Of a DNA stretch of 64,000 nt, positions 30,366 to 41,958 are shown one piece after another. The DNA is taken from assembly GCA_050295955.1 (NCBI GenBank), contig JBNKQQ010000046.1, forward strand, positions 5,205-69,204, given 5' to 3'. A program made the translations under genes and the position numbers. This DNA is from Thiohalomonadales bacterium. GTDB lineage: Bacteria; Pseudomonadota; Gammaproteobacteria; RBG-16-57-12. The notes under the pieces were generated by a model. It searched no databases and had not been told where the DNA came from. It was given only the letters and a program-made list of their open reading frames with translations. Numbering within the stretch: position 1 is the first letter of the stretch; each line of letters begins with the position of its first letter.

Positions 30366-32075
30366 TTAACTTGCCTGTCCCGGTCGCATTGTGCCGCCCA
30401 TCGCTGGAGCGCCACTTCCATGAGTAAATACATGAGAGAGATACTCGGGAGGCTCTTCGCCCAGCAATTCATAGAGCCGTGCTAGATGCATGCGATACAT
30501 CTCCTCAAAATCACTCACTGAATCTGCCGGGTTATAATCACCAAACCACCAGAACCAATCAGAGCCCTCACAAATAAACAGTTGCTGCTCTGCTGCAGCT
30601 AACTGTTTTTCGCTAAGGCGTCCCGAGGCAACTACCCGATCATAGCAACGTTTCACATCTCCCAGCATATCCCATCCACGGTTTTTATCATTATCACCGA
30701 TCCAAGTAGAGAAGGTCCCGTACACCCAGCTCCCAGCAACCAAACCTAATAGGTTCCCCGCTGGGATCTCCTCTTTCACCACATCGGAATAAGTTACCAA
30801 CTCGAGACCCGGCGTTTCCACCAACTTCTCATAGAGGGCGCTAAGAAAATAATAGCCATTCTCGGGGTAGTACTCCCAGGCATTCTCTCCATCCAGAATA
30901 ATAGAGGCGACACTTCCCGGCATATCTTTACAATGTTCTGCAATATTCTGCAGATTCATAACTAGGTTACCCACAGCATCATCGGCATGCCACGTAGAGT
31001 AGGTGAAACCCACCATATCGGAAAGACCATCATCGCGGAAAAATATGCGAATATCTTGATCCTTCACCTGATACGCTTGGTGCGAACCACGACACTCCAA
31101 GCCATCCAGAGCACAACCGTACTGATTGATGCTATTACGCATCACATTCTCACCAGTTGCCGCCCAATCAAAACCGTATTCCTCAAAAACCTCCAAAGCA
31201 CGCTCTGAAACACTCCCCTCCGCAGGCCATATTCCCTTGGGGATAAAACCAAAGAAGCGCTTGAATACCTTCTGCCCATGCACAATATGTCGGCGTAGCC
31301 TCTCCTCTCCACCAGGATAGGCCTGCAACAGCGGCAATGTCACTTCTGGCATGGCCTCACGGGCAGAATCAATTGAGAGTAAAAGTGGAGCAATGGGGTG
31401 GGCGTAAGGAGTCATGGCAAGTTCAAGTTGCCCTCGCTCTGCAAGACGGCGATAACGCGGAATCAGACCCTCGAGAAGTTCACCAATCACCTGCATTAAT
31501 ATATTTCTATCATACATGGTGAAGTTGCTGCCTTTTTCAATCAGGCGCTTGATACGCTCATCTTTCCGGCGTACGTATTCTCCTAACCACGCCAAGTGAT
31601 ACCACACCAGCAGATCAGCCAAAAATTGCTCCGAAAGATAACTCATGGCATCACGATTACCTAATATCCAATCTGCAATCTCTGCCAAGCGCTTAAATTG
31701 AGCAAAGCGGTTGATAACCGTCTCACGATTAGCACGCAAGCAATTCTTCACCAATCGTAAACGCACATCGCAGTTATTGGGCATTACCGAGCGATTCAGC
31801 ATATTCAACATCGGATCACCGATAGACTTTTTGCTCTCCAGATGCTCTTTCACCTGATTGGCATAATCCTCAATTTGCTCCAACAAAATAGGAACAAAAT
31901 TAACAACTGCCTTCGCCTCAGGCACAGCCTCAAGATGGGCGGCCATATCCACGTAATCCTTGATTGCGTGAAGATAGGTCCAAGGTTGTTGATATTCACC
32001 ACTACTGAGGTCACGATACTCCGGCTGGTGCATGTGCCAGCACAGCACCACCTTCAATCGGCCTTTATCTGACAT
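30366..32075 (-). CDS. Glycoside hydrolase family 57 protein (alpha-glucan-active)
   Basis: The N-terminal [10 protein letters not shown] and downstream blocks ([25 protein letters not shown]) are typical of GH57. It sits inside the glycogen cluster. Confidence 0.85.
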   Translation of the reverse strand: MSDKGRLKVVLCWHMHQPEYRDLSSGEYQQPWTYLHAIKDYVDMAAHLEAVPEAKAVVNFVPILLEQIEDYANQVKEHLESKKSIGDPMLNMLNRSVMPNNCDVRLRLVKNCLRANRETVINRFAQFKRLAEIADWILGNRDAMSYLSEQFLADLLVWYHLAWLGEYVRRKDERIKRLIEKGSNFTMYDRNILMQVIGELLEGLIPRYRRLAERGQLELAMTPYAHPIAPLLLSIDSAREAMPEVTLPLLQAYPGGEERLRRHIVHGQKVFKRFFGFIPKGIWPAEGSVSERALEVFEEYGFDWAATGENVMRNSINQYGCALDGLECRGSHQAYQVKDQDIRIFFRDDGLSDMVGFTYSTWHADDAVGNLVMNLQNIAEHCKDMPGSVASIILDGENAWEYYPENGYYFLSALYEKLVETPGLELVTYSDVVKEEIPAGNLLGLVAGSWVYGTFSTWIGDNDKNRGWDMLGDVKRCYDRVVASGRLSEKQLAAAEQQLFICEGSDWFWWFGDYNPADSVSDFEEMYRMHLARLYELLGEEPPEYLSHVFTHGSGAPAMGGTMRPGQAS

Positions 32076-33348
32076 GCCTATACTCCTGCTCTAACATTTC
32101 GGGGGTGATCAGTACCACACCGTTCTCGGAAACATAGAAACGTTCAGCATCCTTCTCGGCATCTTCACCGATAACTGTACCTTCAGGAATCACACACCCC
32201 TTATCGATAATCGCCTTCTTGATACGGCAATTACGCCCAATCTCCACATTTGGTAACACCACACTCTCCTCAATGTAGGAATAGGAGTTAATTCTTACCA
32301 TGGAGAATAAAACAGATTTGCGGACTTCAGCGCCAGATATAACACACCCGCCAGAGACCAGTGAATCTACCGCCATTCCCCGGCGACCATCATCATCAAA
32401 AATAAACTTAGCCGGGGGAAGCTGCTCCTGGTAGGTCCAAATCGGCCATTCATTGTCGTAGAGATTTAACTCCGGCGTGACATCAGCCAGTTCAATATTA
32501 GCCTGCCAGAAAGAGTCCACCGTACCCACATCTCGCCAATAGCCATTTCCGCCCGTCTGTACATCACGGAAAGCGTAGCCATAGACACGATATTTATCGA
32601 TAGCATTAGGGATAATATCTTTACCGAAGTCATGACTTGACCCTGGCGTATCGGCATCCCGAATCAGCTGCTCATAAAGAAATGCCGTATTGAAAACATA
32701 GATCCCCATAGAAGCCAAAGCGGTATCAGTGCTACCAGGCATCGGATCAGGGTTATCTGGCTTCTCAGAAAACTTGGTAATGCGCCAATCCTGGTTAGCA
32801 GACATCACCCCGAAAGATTTAGCCTCTTCGATGGGAACTTCGATACAACCAATGGTCATATCCGCCTGTGACTCCACATGCGCCGCAATCATCGTACCGT
32901 AGTCCATTTTGTAGATATGGTCGCCAGCCAGAATCAAAACATATTCTGGGTTATGCGCACGGATAATATCAATATTCTGGTATACCGCATCGGCGGTTCC
33001 CACATACCAGTTTTCCGTAATACGCTGTTGTGCAGGCATAATTTCAACAAACTCGCCAAACTCGGCCCGTAGGAAATTCCACCCTTTCTGAATATGTCCT
33101 AATAGAGAGTGTGCTTTATATTGGGTAAGAATACCAACCCGACGAATACCCGAGTTGATGCAATTGGAAAGAGGGAAATCAATAATGCGAAACTTGCCAC
33201 CGAAAGGTACACCAGGCTTTGCCCGCCATGCGGTAAGATGCTTTAAACGTGATCCACGTCCTCCAGCCATAATCAAGGCCAATGTATTGCGGGTAATTTT
33301 ACTGACAAAACGCCCCTGTGATGCGCTGCTCGGCTCAATCTGATTCAT
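32065..33348 (-). CDS. glgC: Glucose-1-phosphate adenylyltransferase
   Basis: Contains [35 protein letters not shown] and GTADAV. I place the start at the ATG at 33348, which has an AGGGGAG RBS; the ORF track starts at a TTG at 33372. Confidence 0.95.
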   Translation of the reverse strand: MNQIEPSSASQGRFVSKITRNTLALIMAGGRGSRLKHLTAWRAKPGVPFGGKFRIIDFPLSNCINSGIRRVGILTQYKAHSLLGHIQKGWNFLRAEFGEFVEIMPAQQRITENWYVGTADAVYQNIDIIRAHNPEYVLILAGDHIYKMDYGTMIAAHVESQADMTIGCIEVPIEEAKSFGVMSANQDWRITKFSEKPDNPDPMPGSTDTALASMGIYVFNTAFLYEQLIRDADTPGSSHDFGKDIIPNAIDKYRVYGYAFRDVQTGGNGYWRDVGTVDSFWQANIELADVTPELNLYDNEWPIWTYQEQLPPAKFIFDDDGRRGMAVDSLVSGGCVISGAEVRKSVLFSMVRINSYSYIEESVVLPNVEIGRNCRIKKAIIDKGCVIPEGTVIGEDAEKDAERFYVSENGVVLITPEMLEQEYRHVR

Positions 33349-33742
33349 ATAGACTCCCCTACTTATCCTCAATACAGCTACTCAACTGCAGCCTCTGTTT
33401 TTAGGGCTCCCCTGAACCATCCAATCACAATATTGGGCGATACCATCTAAGCGATAAAGCAAGGTGCTTTTGACATGTTATCTAAATTGGTGATTCATCA
33501 GGAAATGACAAATACCGTTATTTATTTCATGAAATATGCAATAACACTTGTCGTTTTATTGTTTTACAACGCGCATGGAACACACATAGAGTAATGATTG
33601 GTATTTTCAGTGGTCCCTTTAATATCTTTACTATTTGAATATGATAATATCCTCTCAAAGATGTATTGGAAACAAAAAACTTTGAGAAGCCAGTGCGTGG
33701 TGAAAAACCGCGGCAATCACAACATAAAAGCGTGAAATAAAT

Positions 33743-35914
33743 ATGAAAATCACCCCCAATCTGCAAAAGATCATCGATGCACGGCACCATGACCCATTCA
33801 ACGTTCTGGGCAAGCATCCCTCAGGTAAAGATAAAGAAAAGATTATTGTCTATCTACCCAATGCAGAATCCGTCACCCTACACGAATTCAATGCACCATT
33901 TACACGCATAGCAGGGAGCGATTTTTTTGTTTGGACTGGTGAAAAAAACAAAGTTCCCCATCACTACCAGCTAAGCTGGCAGAATAAGCAGGGGGAACAG
34001 CATCTTAACTACGATCCCTATTGCTTTCCTCCACAAATAGGCGATCTGGACCTACACCTATTTGGAGAAGGAAAACACTGGCACGCTTACAATGTTTTCG
34101 GCGCCAATTATCATGAAGTAAATGGCATCCAAGGTATTCTGTTCAGCGTCTGGGCACCCAATGCAGAACGAGTCAGTGTAATCGGAGACTTCAACCAATG
34201 GGATGGACGGGTCAATCCATTGCGCTGCCGGGGAGGTTGTGGAATATGGGAATTATTCATCCCTGGCCTGGGTGAAGGTGCTCTCTATAAATTTGAAATC
34301 CGCAACCGTGATAGCGGCGATGTATTAGTTAAAACTGACCCTTACGGCAAGCAGTTCCAACTTCGCCCGGAAAGTGCAGCCATTATTCCCCAAAACAGTG
34401 AATACCCATGGCAAGATGGTGAATGGAAGGCCCAGCATCAAGAAAGTAACTGGTTGCATAACCCAAGCAGTGTATATGAAGTACACCTAGGCTCCTGGCA
34501 ACAGGATGAAGATGGCGCTTTCCTCAACTATCGCGAGCTAGCCCACCGGCTTGCTCATTATGCCAAAGAAATGGGGTTTACCCACATTGAGCTACTCCCC
34601 ATCACAGAGCACCCACTGGATGCCTCATGGGGCTATCAAACCACCGGCTACTTTGCCCCTACCAGCCGTTTCGGCACGCCAGATGATTTCCGCTACTTTG
34701 TGGACTACTTACATCAACAGGGGGTTGGTGTGATTCTGGATTGGGTACCCGCCCACTTCCCCAAAGACAGCTTTGCCCTGGCCCGCTTCGACGGCACACC
34801 ACTTTACGAACACGAAGATCCACGTAAGGGTGAGCACCGCGACTGGGGCACTCTCATCTATAATTATGGTCGCAACGAGGTGAGAAACTTCCTATTGGCT
34901 AGTGCGGTATATTGGTTGGAAGAGTTTCATATCGATGGACTGCGGGTAGATGCCGTGGCCTCTATGCTTTACCTGGACTACTCCCGTGAAGAGGGGGACT
35001 GGGTGCCTAATATGTATGGCGGTCGCGAAAACCTTGAAGCAATTGACTTCTTACGAGACCTTAATAGTGTTACTCACGGTGCTTGCCCTGGCACCTTTAT
35101 CGTGGCCGAAGAGTCTACTGCTTGGCCTCAGGTAACGCGTCCTACCTATGTGGGTGGATTAGGCTTTAGTATGAAGTGGAATATGGGCTGGATGCACGAC
35201 ACTCTGGAGTACTTCAGTCAGGACCCGGTTTATCGCATGTACCACCATGACAAACTCACCTTTGGCCTACTCTATAGCTTTAGTGAAAACTTCATGCTCC
35301 CTTTCTCTCACGATGAGGTGGTACACGGCAAAGGCTCCATGCTCAATAAGATGCCGGGAGATGAGTGGCAGCGTTGCGCCAACCTACGCCTCCTCTATAC
35401 CTATATGTTTACCTATCCGGGTAAAAAACTACTATTTATGGGCTGTGAATTTGGCCAAGGGCTAGAGTGGAACTATGCCAAAGGCTTGGAATGGCACCTG
35501 CTGGATTATAGCCACCATAAAGGTATTCAGACCCTGGTACGAGATCTGAACCACCTCTATCGCGATGCTAAGCCACTACATCATTTCGACTTCGAACCAC
35601 AAGGCTTTGAATGGATCGATTGCCATGATGCCGCTCAATCGGTAATCAGCTATTTACGCAGTGATGGTGAAGAGAGTTATCTGATTGTCTTAAACTGTAC
35701 CCCCATTCCCCGAGAAAATTATCGTCTGGGTGTTCCCCATGCAGGCAGCTATCGTGAAGTGATAAACTCAGATTCCACCTTTTATGGCGGCAGCAATCTT
35801 AGTAATGGTGAGGCGATTCATACGGATGAACAAGAATGGATGGGGCGCCCCTACTCTGTCAGCCTAACCCTGCCCCCCTTAGCAGCACTGGTTTTAAAGC
35901 TTAACAACGAGTGA
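33743..35914 (+). CDS. glgB: 1,4-alpha-glucan branching enzyme
   Basis: GH13 blocks [27 protein letters not shown] and [10 protein letters not shown]. Confidence 0.97.
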   Translation: MKITPNLQKIIDARHHDPFNVLGKHPSGKDKEKIIVYLPNAESVTLHEFNAPFTRIAGSDFFVWTGEKNKVPHHYQLSWQNKQGEQHLNYDPYCFPPQIGDLDLHLFGEGKHWHAYNVFGANYHEVNGIQGILFSVWAPNAERVSVIGDFNQWDGRVNPLRCRGGCGIWELFIPGLGEGALYKFEIRNRDSGDVLVKTDPYGKQFQLRPESAAIIPQNSEYPWQDGEWKAQHQESNWLHNPSSVYEVHLGSWQQDEDGAFLNYRELAHRLAHYAKEMGFTHIELLPITEHPLDASWGYQTTGYFAPTSRFGTPDDFRYFVDYLHQQGVGVILDWVPAHFPKDSFALARFDGTPLYEHEDPRKGEHRDWGTLIYNYGRNEVRNFLLASAVYWLEEFHIDGLRVDAVASMLYLDYSREEGDWVPNMYGGRENLEAIDFLRDLNSVTHGACPGTFIVAEESTAWPQVTRPTYVGGLGFSMKWNMGWMHDTLEYFSQDPVYRMYHHDKLTFGLLYSFSENFMLPFSHDEVVHGKGSMLNKMPGDEWQRCANLRLLYTYMFTYPGKKLLFMGCEFGQGLEWNYAKGLEWHLLDYSHHKGIQTLVRDLNHLYRDAKPLHHFDFEPQGFEWIDCHDAAQSVISYLRSDGEESYLIVLNCTPIPRENYRLGVPHAGSYREVINSDSTFYGGSNLSNGEAIHTDEQEWMGRPYSVSLTLPPLAALVLKLNNE

Positions 35915-35926
35915 AGTAGATCGTTT

Positions 35927-37381
35927 ATGAATATTCTTTTTGTCAGCAGCGAAGCCCACCCATTAATTAAAACTGGAGGCTTGGCTGATGTTGCGGGCAG
36001 CCTGCCCATTGCAATAAAAAAGTTAAAACATGATGTACGCTTGGTTATTCCTGCGTACCATAATATTCTGACAAAGTGCGAGGACTTGCAAGTTGTCAGC
36101 GAACTACACCTCCCTACCGCAGAGTATCCGGTCAAAGTCCTGGAAGGAAAACTACCTGAGAGTCAGGTAAAGCTCTGGCTAATTGATTACCCGGCAGCCT
36201 TTGATCGCCCAGGCAATCCATACATGACTCTGCAAGGAGAGGAGTGGCCAGACAACCCTCATCGATTTGCCCTACTATCCCGTGCCGCTATTGAGTTAGC
36301 TCAAAATCGTGCAAACCTCGATTGGCAAGCAGACATCGTACATTGCAACGACTGGCAAACCGGCCTGGTACCAGCGCTCTTAAGCCTAGAAACAGAGCGC
36401 CCAGCCACCCTATTCAGCATCCATAACCTCTCCTATCAGGGCGTTTATGACAAAGCGGTGTTTGAACAGCTACAACTCCCTTGGGAGCTATGGCATATGA
36501 ATGGTATGGAATACCACGGACTATTGAATATGATCAAAGGAGGGATCGCCTGTGCAGATATCATCACCACCGTCAGCCCCACCTATGCCCATGAAATTCA
36601 GAGCTTCGAATATGGCTATGGCCTGGACCCACTGCTACGTCATCGCAAAGATCGCCTATACGGTATTTTAAATGGTGTAGATTACAACGACTGGGACCCC
36701 AACAAAGATCAATTCCTCACCCACAATTACAACTCCCGTACCTTAAAAGATAAGGTGAAGAACAAGCTGGCCCTACAGAAAGACCGGGGATTGCCAGAGC
36801 GGGAAAATGTACCGGTGATAGGCTTGGTTGCCCGCTTAGTCGAACAGAAAGGGATTGATCTGCTCATCAATGCCATCCCGCATCTTATTCATCATGATAT
36901 GCAGCTAATAATCTTGGGAAGTGGTGAAAAGCACTTTGAGCAACAATTACAGCAATGGGCAGAGTGGCACCCAGATAAGATATCTGTACAGATAGGTTAT
37001 GATGAATCCTTATCACATCGTATTGAAGGTGGTGCAGATATATTCCTGATGCCATCACGCTTTGAGCCATGTGGCCTTAACCAACTCTATAGTCTGAAAT
37101 ATGGCACCGTGCCTATTGTACGTCGCTCTGGAGGGTTGGCTGATTCTGTCATTCATGCCAGCGATGATAATATCGAAAACAAAACGGCAACCGGCATTGT
37201 CTTTGATCATGCGGATACCCATGCGATTTGCTGGGCTTTAGACTATGCTATCCAGCTTTACCATCAGCCAAAGCTATGGCAGCAGCTATGTAAAACAGGA
37301 ATGAAGCAAAAGTTTGACTGGAAAACCAGTGCACTACAATATGTCGAGCTTTACGAAAAAGCCCAGCAACTGCGTGGATAA
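35927..37381 (+). CDS. glgA: Glycogen synthase (ADP-glucose type)
   Basis: MNILFVSSEAHPLIKTGGLADV and FLMPSRFEPCGLNQLY. Confidence 0.97.
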   Translation: MNILFVSSEAHPLIKTGGLADVAGSLPIAIKKLKHDVRLVIPAYHNILTKCEDLQVVSELHLPTAEYPVKVLEGKLPESQVKLWLIDYPAAFDRPGNPYMTLQGEEWPDNPHRFALLSRAAIELAQNRANLDWQADIVHCNDWQTGLVPALLSLETERPATLFSIHNLSYQGVYDKAVFEQLQLPWELWHMNGMEYHGLLNMIKGGIACADIITTVSPTYAHEIQSFEYGYGLDPLLRHRKDRLYGILNGVDYNDWDPNKDQFLTHNYNSRTLKDKVKNKLALQKDRGLPERENVPVIGLVARLVEQKGIDLLINAIPHLIHHDMQLIILGSGEKHFEQQLQQWAEWHPDKISVQIGYDESLSHRIEGGADIFLMPSRFEPCGLNQLYSLKYGTVPIVRRSGGLADSVIHASDDNIENKTATGIVFDHADTHAICWALDYAIQLYHQPKLWQQLCKTGMKQKFDWKTSALQYVELYEKAQQLRG

Positions 37382-37417
37382 AAAATGGTTGAGACCGACC
37401 CTCCTCCGGTCTCAACC
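37380..37417 (-). terminator. Hairpin terminator between the convergent glgA and small Rho_N-domain genes
   Basis: Perfect 11-bp stem: GGTTGAGACCG (37387-37397) pairs with CGGTCTCAACC (37407-37417). The U-run is on the minus-strand side. It may also serve glgA. Confidence 0.6.
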
Positions 37418-37428
37418 ACTACACCGGC

Positions 37429-37632
37429 TTAATTGGCAGCCTTTTGTGCAGTGCTGGCACAATCGGCACGCCATAGGCACCCCTGCTGATCACAGGACCC
37501 ATCCACATCTGTGGCATAACAAGCCAAGTTACCTTCTTGAGTTTGGATTTCACGGATCAGCTCAAACTTCTTTAACTTACCCACCTTTACCCCACGCTCT
37601 TTTGCGATAGTACGCACATCTTGCATATTCAT
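37429..37632 (-). CDS. Small Rho_N/SAP-like domain protein with a C-terminal 4-Cys tail
   Basis: MNMQDVRTIAKERGVKVGKLKKFELIREIQ resembles the Rho N-terminal / SAP helix-extended-helix motif. The tail is C-x10-C-x5-C-x5-C. The ATG at 37632 is preceded by GGAG with a 6-nt spacer. Confidence 0.6.
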   Translation of the reverse strand: MNMQDVRTIAKERGVKVGKLKKFELIREIQTQEGNLACYATDVDGSCDQQGCLWRADCASTAQKAAN

Positions 37633-37741
37633 CCTTAACTCCACCTCACTCTAGATAATGTCACACAAAGCCATTAGACTGGATATAGGCCTAATCGATT
37701 GTAATGATAGGCCATTCCAGCGTTCAGAGAAAGTACCACTA

Positions 37742-37755
37742 AACTATTAATAGTT
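37742..37755. promoter_or_regulatory. Perfect 14-bp palindrome AACTATTAATAGTT in the divergent intergenic region upstream of gnd-zwf
   Basis: Read directly. It lies about 185 nt upstream of the gnd ATG and about 110 nt upstream of the small Rho_N gene. Confidence 0.25.
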
Positions 37756-37940
37756 AATGACGAATATAGTGGCAAAGGGGATCGATTAAATTTTACTGAA
37801 AACATCGTCAGGTGCTGCAAGTGTCGATCAAATACACACTCAGCACAGATCCTAATTCTAAAAATAGCCGACCTCCGGTACAATTTTTATTAGTATTAAC
37901 CAATCTGAATACCATTTAATTAACGTAAGGAATCTCTCCC

Positions 37941-38852
37941 ATGAAAATGGCACTCATCGGCCTTGGTAAAATGGGCGGCAATATGGCCCGTCGTCTCTGT
38001 CGCGGTGGTATCGAAGTTGTTGGCTTCAATCGCTCACCGGAAATTGTCAACACCCTGGCAGCAGAAGAAGGGATGATCGCCGCAAACTCAGTAGAAGATG
38101 CCATTAGCAAATTGGAAGGACAACGCATTGTTTGGCTAATGCTACCCTGCGGTGCTCCTACTGAACAGATGATCCAACAACTGATTCCTCTCTTAAATAA
38201 AGGTGATATTGTTATCGATGGTGGTAACTCAAACTACCATGATACCCAACGTCGTCACGACATGCTGGCAGAGCATGGAATAAGCTTTATGGACGCTGGC
38301 ACCTCTGGCGGAGTATGGGGCCTGGATAACGGTTATTGCATGATGGTGGGTGGTGCCAAAGAAGATTTCACGGTAATCGAACCCATCATAAAAGTACTCG
38401 CTCCTGGCGCAGATCATGGCTGGATTCATGCTGGCCCCTGTGGTTCTGGTCACTATACCAAAATGGTTCACAACGGTATTGAGTACGGCATGATGCAAGC
38501 AATGGCCGAAGGCTTTGCCATTATGGAGAGCAAAAAAGAGTTTAACCTGGATTTAGCAGGGCTCGCCGAAGCTTGGCGTCATGGTTCAGTCGTTCGCAGC
38601 TGGTTATTGGATCTCACTGCCGATTTCCTGAAAGAGGACCAAAAACTCACTGCTATCGATCCCTTCGTTTCCGACTCTGGAGAAGGCCGTTGGACTTGTA
38701 TCGAAGCCATCGACCAAGGTATCTATGCGCCAGTACTCTCCCTCTCCATCCATGCTCGTTTTGGCAGCCAAGGGAACGGAGACTATGGCAACAAAATGTT
38801 ATCAATGATGCGTAACGCCTTTGGCGGGCACGCGATGAAGAGTGCCAAATAA
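37941..38852 (+). CDS. gnd: 6-phosphogluconate dehydrogenase, short (about 300 aa) decarboxylating form
   Basis: MKMALIGLGKMGGNMARRL is a Rossmann motif. GGNSNY, GTSGGVWG and GSGHYTKMVHNGIEYGMMQ are present. It lies immediately upstream of zwf. Confidence 0.9.
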   Translation: MKMALIGLGKMGGNMARRLCRGGIEVVGFNRSPEIVNTLAAEEGMIAANSVEDAISKLEGQRIVWLMLPCGAPTEQMIQQLIPLLNKGDIVIDGGNSNYHDTQRRHDMLAEHGISFMDAGTSGGVWGLDNGYCMMVGGAKEDFTVIEPIIKVLAPGADHGWIHAGPCGSGHYTKMVHNGIEYGMMQAMAEGFAIMESKKEFNLDLAGLAEAWRHGSVVRSWLLDLTADFLKEDQKLTAIDPFVSDSGEGRWTCIEAIDQGIYAPVLSLSIHARFGSQGNGDYGNKMLSMMRNAFGGHAMKSAK

Positions 38853-38876
38853 CATATCCAGCCACAGGAGATCACC

Positions 38877-40361
38877 ATGATCGAACCATGTACCTTTGTT
38901 ATTTTTGGTGCAACCGGCAACCTCTCACAGATTAAACTACTTCCTGCCCTCTACCATTTGGAAGAGGCGGGAAAACTGCCAGATGGAATGAAAATACTCG
39001 CCATCGGCCGTCGCGAATGGGACGATAACTCATGGTGTGAACAGGTCAAAGGCTATCTGGAAAGCAAAGCACGCGGCGGCATCAATGATGATGTATTTCG
39101 CACCTTCAGCGAAAGATTGCGCTATTTCCAAGGGGATCTTACCGATCCCAAAGCCTATGCTCGACTAAAAGCATTAATCAACGACAGCTCAGATCTGCCT
39201 GATAATATCGCCTTCTACATGGCGATACGTCCAGCAGAGTTTGGCACTGTTAGCCAACATCTCTCTGATGTCGGACTAAACAATGAAGAGAGTGGTTGGC
39301 GACGTATCGTCGTGGAAAAACCATTTGGCTACGACTTGGAAAGTGCCCAAATGCTGGATGAGCGCATGCATAGAGATTTTGCTGAAAGCCAAATCTACCG
39401 TATCGACCACTATCTGGGTAAAGGTACTGTTCAAAATGTACTCGCATTCCGCTTCGCTAACTTATTGTTAGAGCCATTGTGGAATCGTAACTACGTGGAC
39501 CACATACAGATCACCCATTCGGAATCCAAAGGTATCGAGAATCGCGCTGACTACTATGACGGTGCGGGTGCTATGCGCGATATGATTCAAAGCCACTTGA
39601 TGCAGTTGATGACGCTTGTAGCCATGGAACCCCCTGCTGCGATGGATGCAGATTCTGTACGTGACGAAAAGGTAAAAGTACTAAAGTCAGTACGTCCAAT
39701 CCCCCAGCATGCTGTACATGCTCACGCCTTCCGCGCTCAATATACCCATGGCATGGTAGGCGACAAAAAGGTCTGTAGTTATCTGGAAGAGGCTAATGTA
39801 CCCCATAACAGTACCACAGAAACCTATGCTGCCCTCAAACTCTACGTGGATAACTGGCGCTGGAAAGGTGTTCCCTTCTATCTACGCACCGGTAAGCGTA
39901 TGTCACAAGACAGCTCTGTCATCAGCATTCGCTTTAAACGACCACCACAGCAACTGTTTCAGGAAACCCAGATCCAGCGCTTTGAACCCAACTGGCTAGT
40001 ACTAGGCATTCAACCAAATGAATGCCTGCGCTTTGTCGTGCAAGTAAAAGAGCCAGGATTAGAGATGAAGATCCGCACCACCCAAATGGATGCCAGCTAC
40101 TGTCGTGCCAGTGATGTAAAACTGGATGCTTACGAGGCACTACTATTAGATGCAATTGAAGGTGATAGCACCCTATTCTTACGTTATGACGAGGTCAATT
40201 GGGCCTGGAAAGTCGTCGACCCAATCCTGAAGGTTTGGTCAATGGAACGGGACTTTATCCACACCTACTCCGCAGGCAGTTGGGGGCCTGCTGAAGTCAA
40301 TCGACTCTTCGATAATGATGATCAGTATTGGCGCAATATGGTAGGTGAATTCGAGATTTAA
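38877..40361 (+). CDS. zwf: Glucose-6-phosphate 1-dehydrogenase
   Basis: [24 protein letters not shown] and [10 protein letters not shown]. Confidence 0.97.
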   Translation: MIEPCTFVIFGATGNLSQIKLLPALYHLEEAGKLPDGMKILAIGRREWDDNSWCEQVKGYLESKARGGINDDVFRTFSERLRYFQGDLTDPKAYARLKALINDSSDLPDNIAFYMAIRPAEFGTVSQHLSDVGLNNEESGWRRIVVEKPFGYDLESAQMLDERMHRDFAESQIYRIDHYLGKGTVQNVLAFRFANLLLEPLWNRNYVDHIQITHSESKGIENRADYYDGAGAMRDMIQSHLMQLMTLVAMEPPAAMDADSVRDEKVKVLKSVRPIPQHAVHAHAFRAQYTHGMVGDKKVCSYLEEANVPHNSTTETYAALKLYVDNWRWKGVPFYLRTGKRMSQDSSVISIRFKRPPQQLFQETQIQRFEPNWLVLGIQPNECLRFVVQVKEPGLEMKIRTTQMDASYCRASDVKLDAYEALLLDAIEGDSTLFLRYDEVNWAWKVVDPILKVWSMERDFIHTYSAGSWGPAEVNRLFDNDDQYWRNMVGEFEI

Positions 40362-40378
40362 ACACCATTATAAGAAAC

Positions 40379-40413
40379 AAAAAAGGCCTGTATAATAGGC
40401 CTTTTTTGTTTTT
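40379..40413 (+). terminator. Intrinsic terminator after zwf
   Basis: AAAAAGGCCT-GTATAAT-AGGCCTTTTT followed by TGTTTTT. Confidence 0.8.
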
Positions 40414-40540
40414 AACACATCAATATATAGGTGCTTCATCAAACTATGACCATGCTACTGACTGAGTATTTAGGAAACCCTTGAAGAAGCCTAATCACCG
40501 CTCTGACTTTCAGGCTGGTTCTCAATCACAACGCAGACCT

Positions 40541-41194
40541 CTACCAAAAGCGGTATTCCACCCCAATGTCGAAAACATGTAGCTGCTGATCAGTCATACT
40601 GTAAGGAGTATCACTATTATCAAAAACGGTAACATTAGCAGGTTTAAGATAACTATAGTTAAAGCTCATACCCATCTTTGGTGTCAGGTCTACTCTTAGG
40701 CCGGTACCCAGTTTATAAGTAAAAACCGTATCTTTGGCCTCCATACTACCGCCGATATTCTTCCACTCAATGCGTGTAATGCCTAATCCACCAACCAGAT
40801 AAGGTTGAAATGGCGCAGTGATATCAGGCGACCAATACAAATTAATCAAGCCACTTTGTTGGTCCTGATCACCATCTAATGCACTTTTTGAGGTGCTACA
40901 ACTACTCCCCTTGCAGGTAGAGTATAATACTTCCAGTACACGAATCGAATACTCTGCCTCAAAGCGAAATGGACCATATTCTGACCCCACAGCCAGAGCC
41001 AAATGATCTCCATCGTCAAACTGCCAGCTGGTATTTTGAAAGCTCTCTTCAGAATAGGCTTTCTCCACCATCGCTGTGCCATATTTTGCAGAGATGTACC
41101 AATGGCCTTTTTCACTCTGCTCTGCTGCGACAGCTGCTTCACTCAAACAAGTAATTAGGATCAAAAACGTACCACTGCACCACCGCTTTTTCAT
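40541..41194 (-). CDS. Outer-membrane beta-barrel protein (OmpA-like/OMP_b-brl family)
   Basis: Signal peptide MKKRWCSGTFLILITCLSEAAVA, alternating beta-strand pattern, and C-terminal ...GVEYRFW. The ATG at 41194 has an AAGGAG RBS; the ORF track extends to 41233. Confidence 0.75.
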   Translation of the reverse strand: MKKRWCSGTFLILITCLSEAAVAAEQSEKGHWYISAKYGTAMVEKAYSEESFQNTSWQFDDGDHLALAVGSEYGPFRFEAEYSIRVLEVLYSTCKGSSCSTSKSALDGDQDQQSGLINLYWSPDITAPFQPYLVGGLGITRIEWKNIGGSMEAKDTVFTYKLGTGLRVDLTPKMGMSFNYSYLKPANVTVFDNSDTPYSMTDQQLHVFDIGVEYRFW

Positions 41195-41341
41195 AATACT
41201 CTCCTTTGGGATGTTCATTAAGTTAAGCCCCATTCCTAATAAACATCAAGCTAAACCCTAGGTACAGCAATGTAAGGTGACTCATCTTTTCTTAATCGAA
41301 TCCTCATCTAGCCTTTAACTCTATTCCGTTATAATGATCAT

Positions 41342-41578
41342 ATGTATAGAGCCAAGTTCGCTATTGCCTTAATAACGCTTTTTTCCATCACGTTGTACCT
41401 AGCAGCAGTGATATTTTATGCCTCAGATCGTAACGATTACCACTTCGTGCGCAGTAATCAGGCAAATCAGGCATGGGAACAATATCTCAACCTTGCCATT
41501 AATATTGAACGTCATATCGACCATAGCGCTAATGAGCTGTGGCTGCCTTCCCGCCAACCTCAAGAGCACAAGAATTGA
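41342..41578 (+). CDS. Hypothetical N-terminally membrane-anchored protein, possibly the 5' fragment of a decayed gene
   Basis: 78-aa ORF with one TM helix. The same reading frame stays open downstream apart from a TGA (41576) and a TAG (41615), and runs to the TAA at 41852. Confidence 0.3.
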   Translation: MYRAKFAIALITLFSITLYLAAVIFYASDRNDYHFVRSNQANQAWEQYLNLAINIERHIDHSANELWLPSRQPQEHKN

Positions 41579-41958
41579 GTCAATGCCATTCTTATGACAT
41601 TGGATAAACTACTATAGATAACTCAAAGTGAAGTAGAATTTGCTAACAGCAGCGAGGAGGAGCAAGGAGAGCTGAAAACTCTGAATCGATATTACGCCAA
41701 TAGCGACTATATAGCAGCGCAACAACAAGCGCCAACGCTCGATCTACATCATTTCCTTAATCAAATCGAATCTCTCATCAATGATGCTATCACCGATGAG
41801 CGTGAATATTCCCTAATGGAAAAGCTTACTCCCCCACCATGCGATAAAAAATAAGGTCAATTATTCACATGAACTTACTACTCACACCATTTAATAACTT
41901 AAAAAAAATAGCAACCTTACGACAACCTTCAGACCAATGATCATCAATACTCAAAACT

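Noticed and set aside
33527-33817. 96-aa minus-strand ORF in the glgC-glgB intergenic region.
   Set aside because: It lies in AT-rich promoter DNA, overlaps the glgB start, has no RBS or motif, and its composition looks non-coding.
37674-38128. ORFs 37674-37883 and 37916-38128 (minus strand) upstream of and overlapping the gnd start.
   Set aside because: The first lies in the AT-rich divergent promoter region and has no RBS. The second is antisense to the gnd N-terminus. Neither has any motif.
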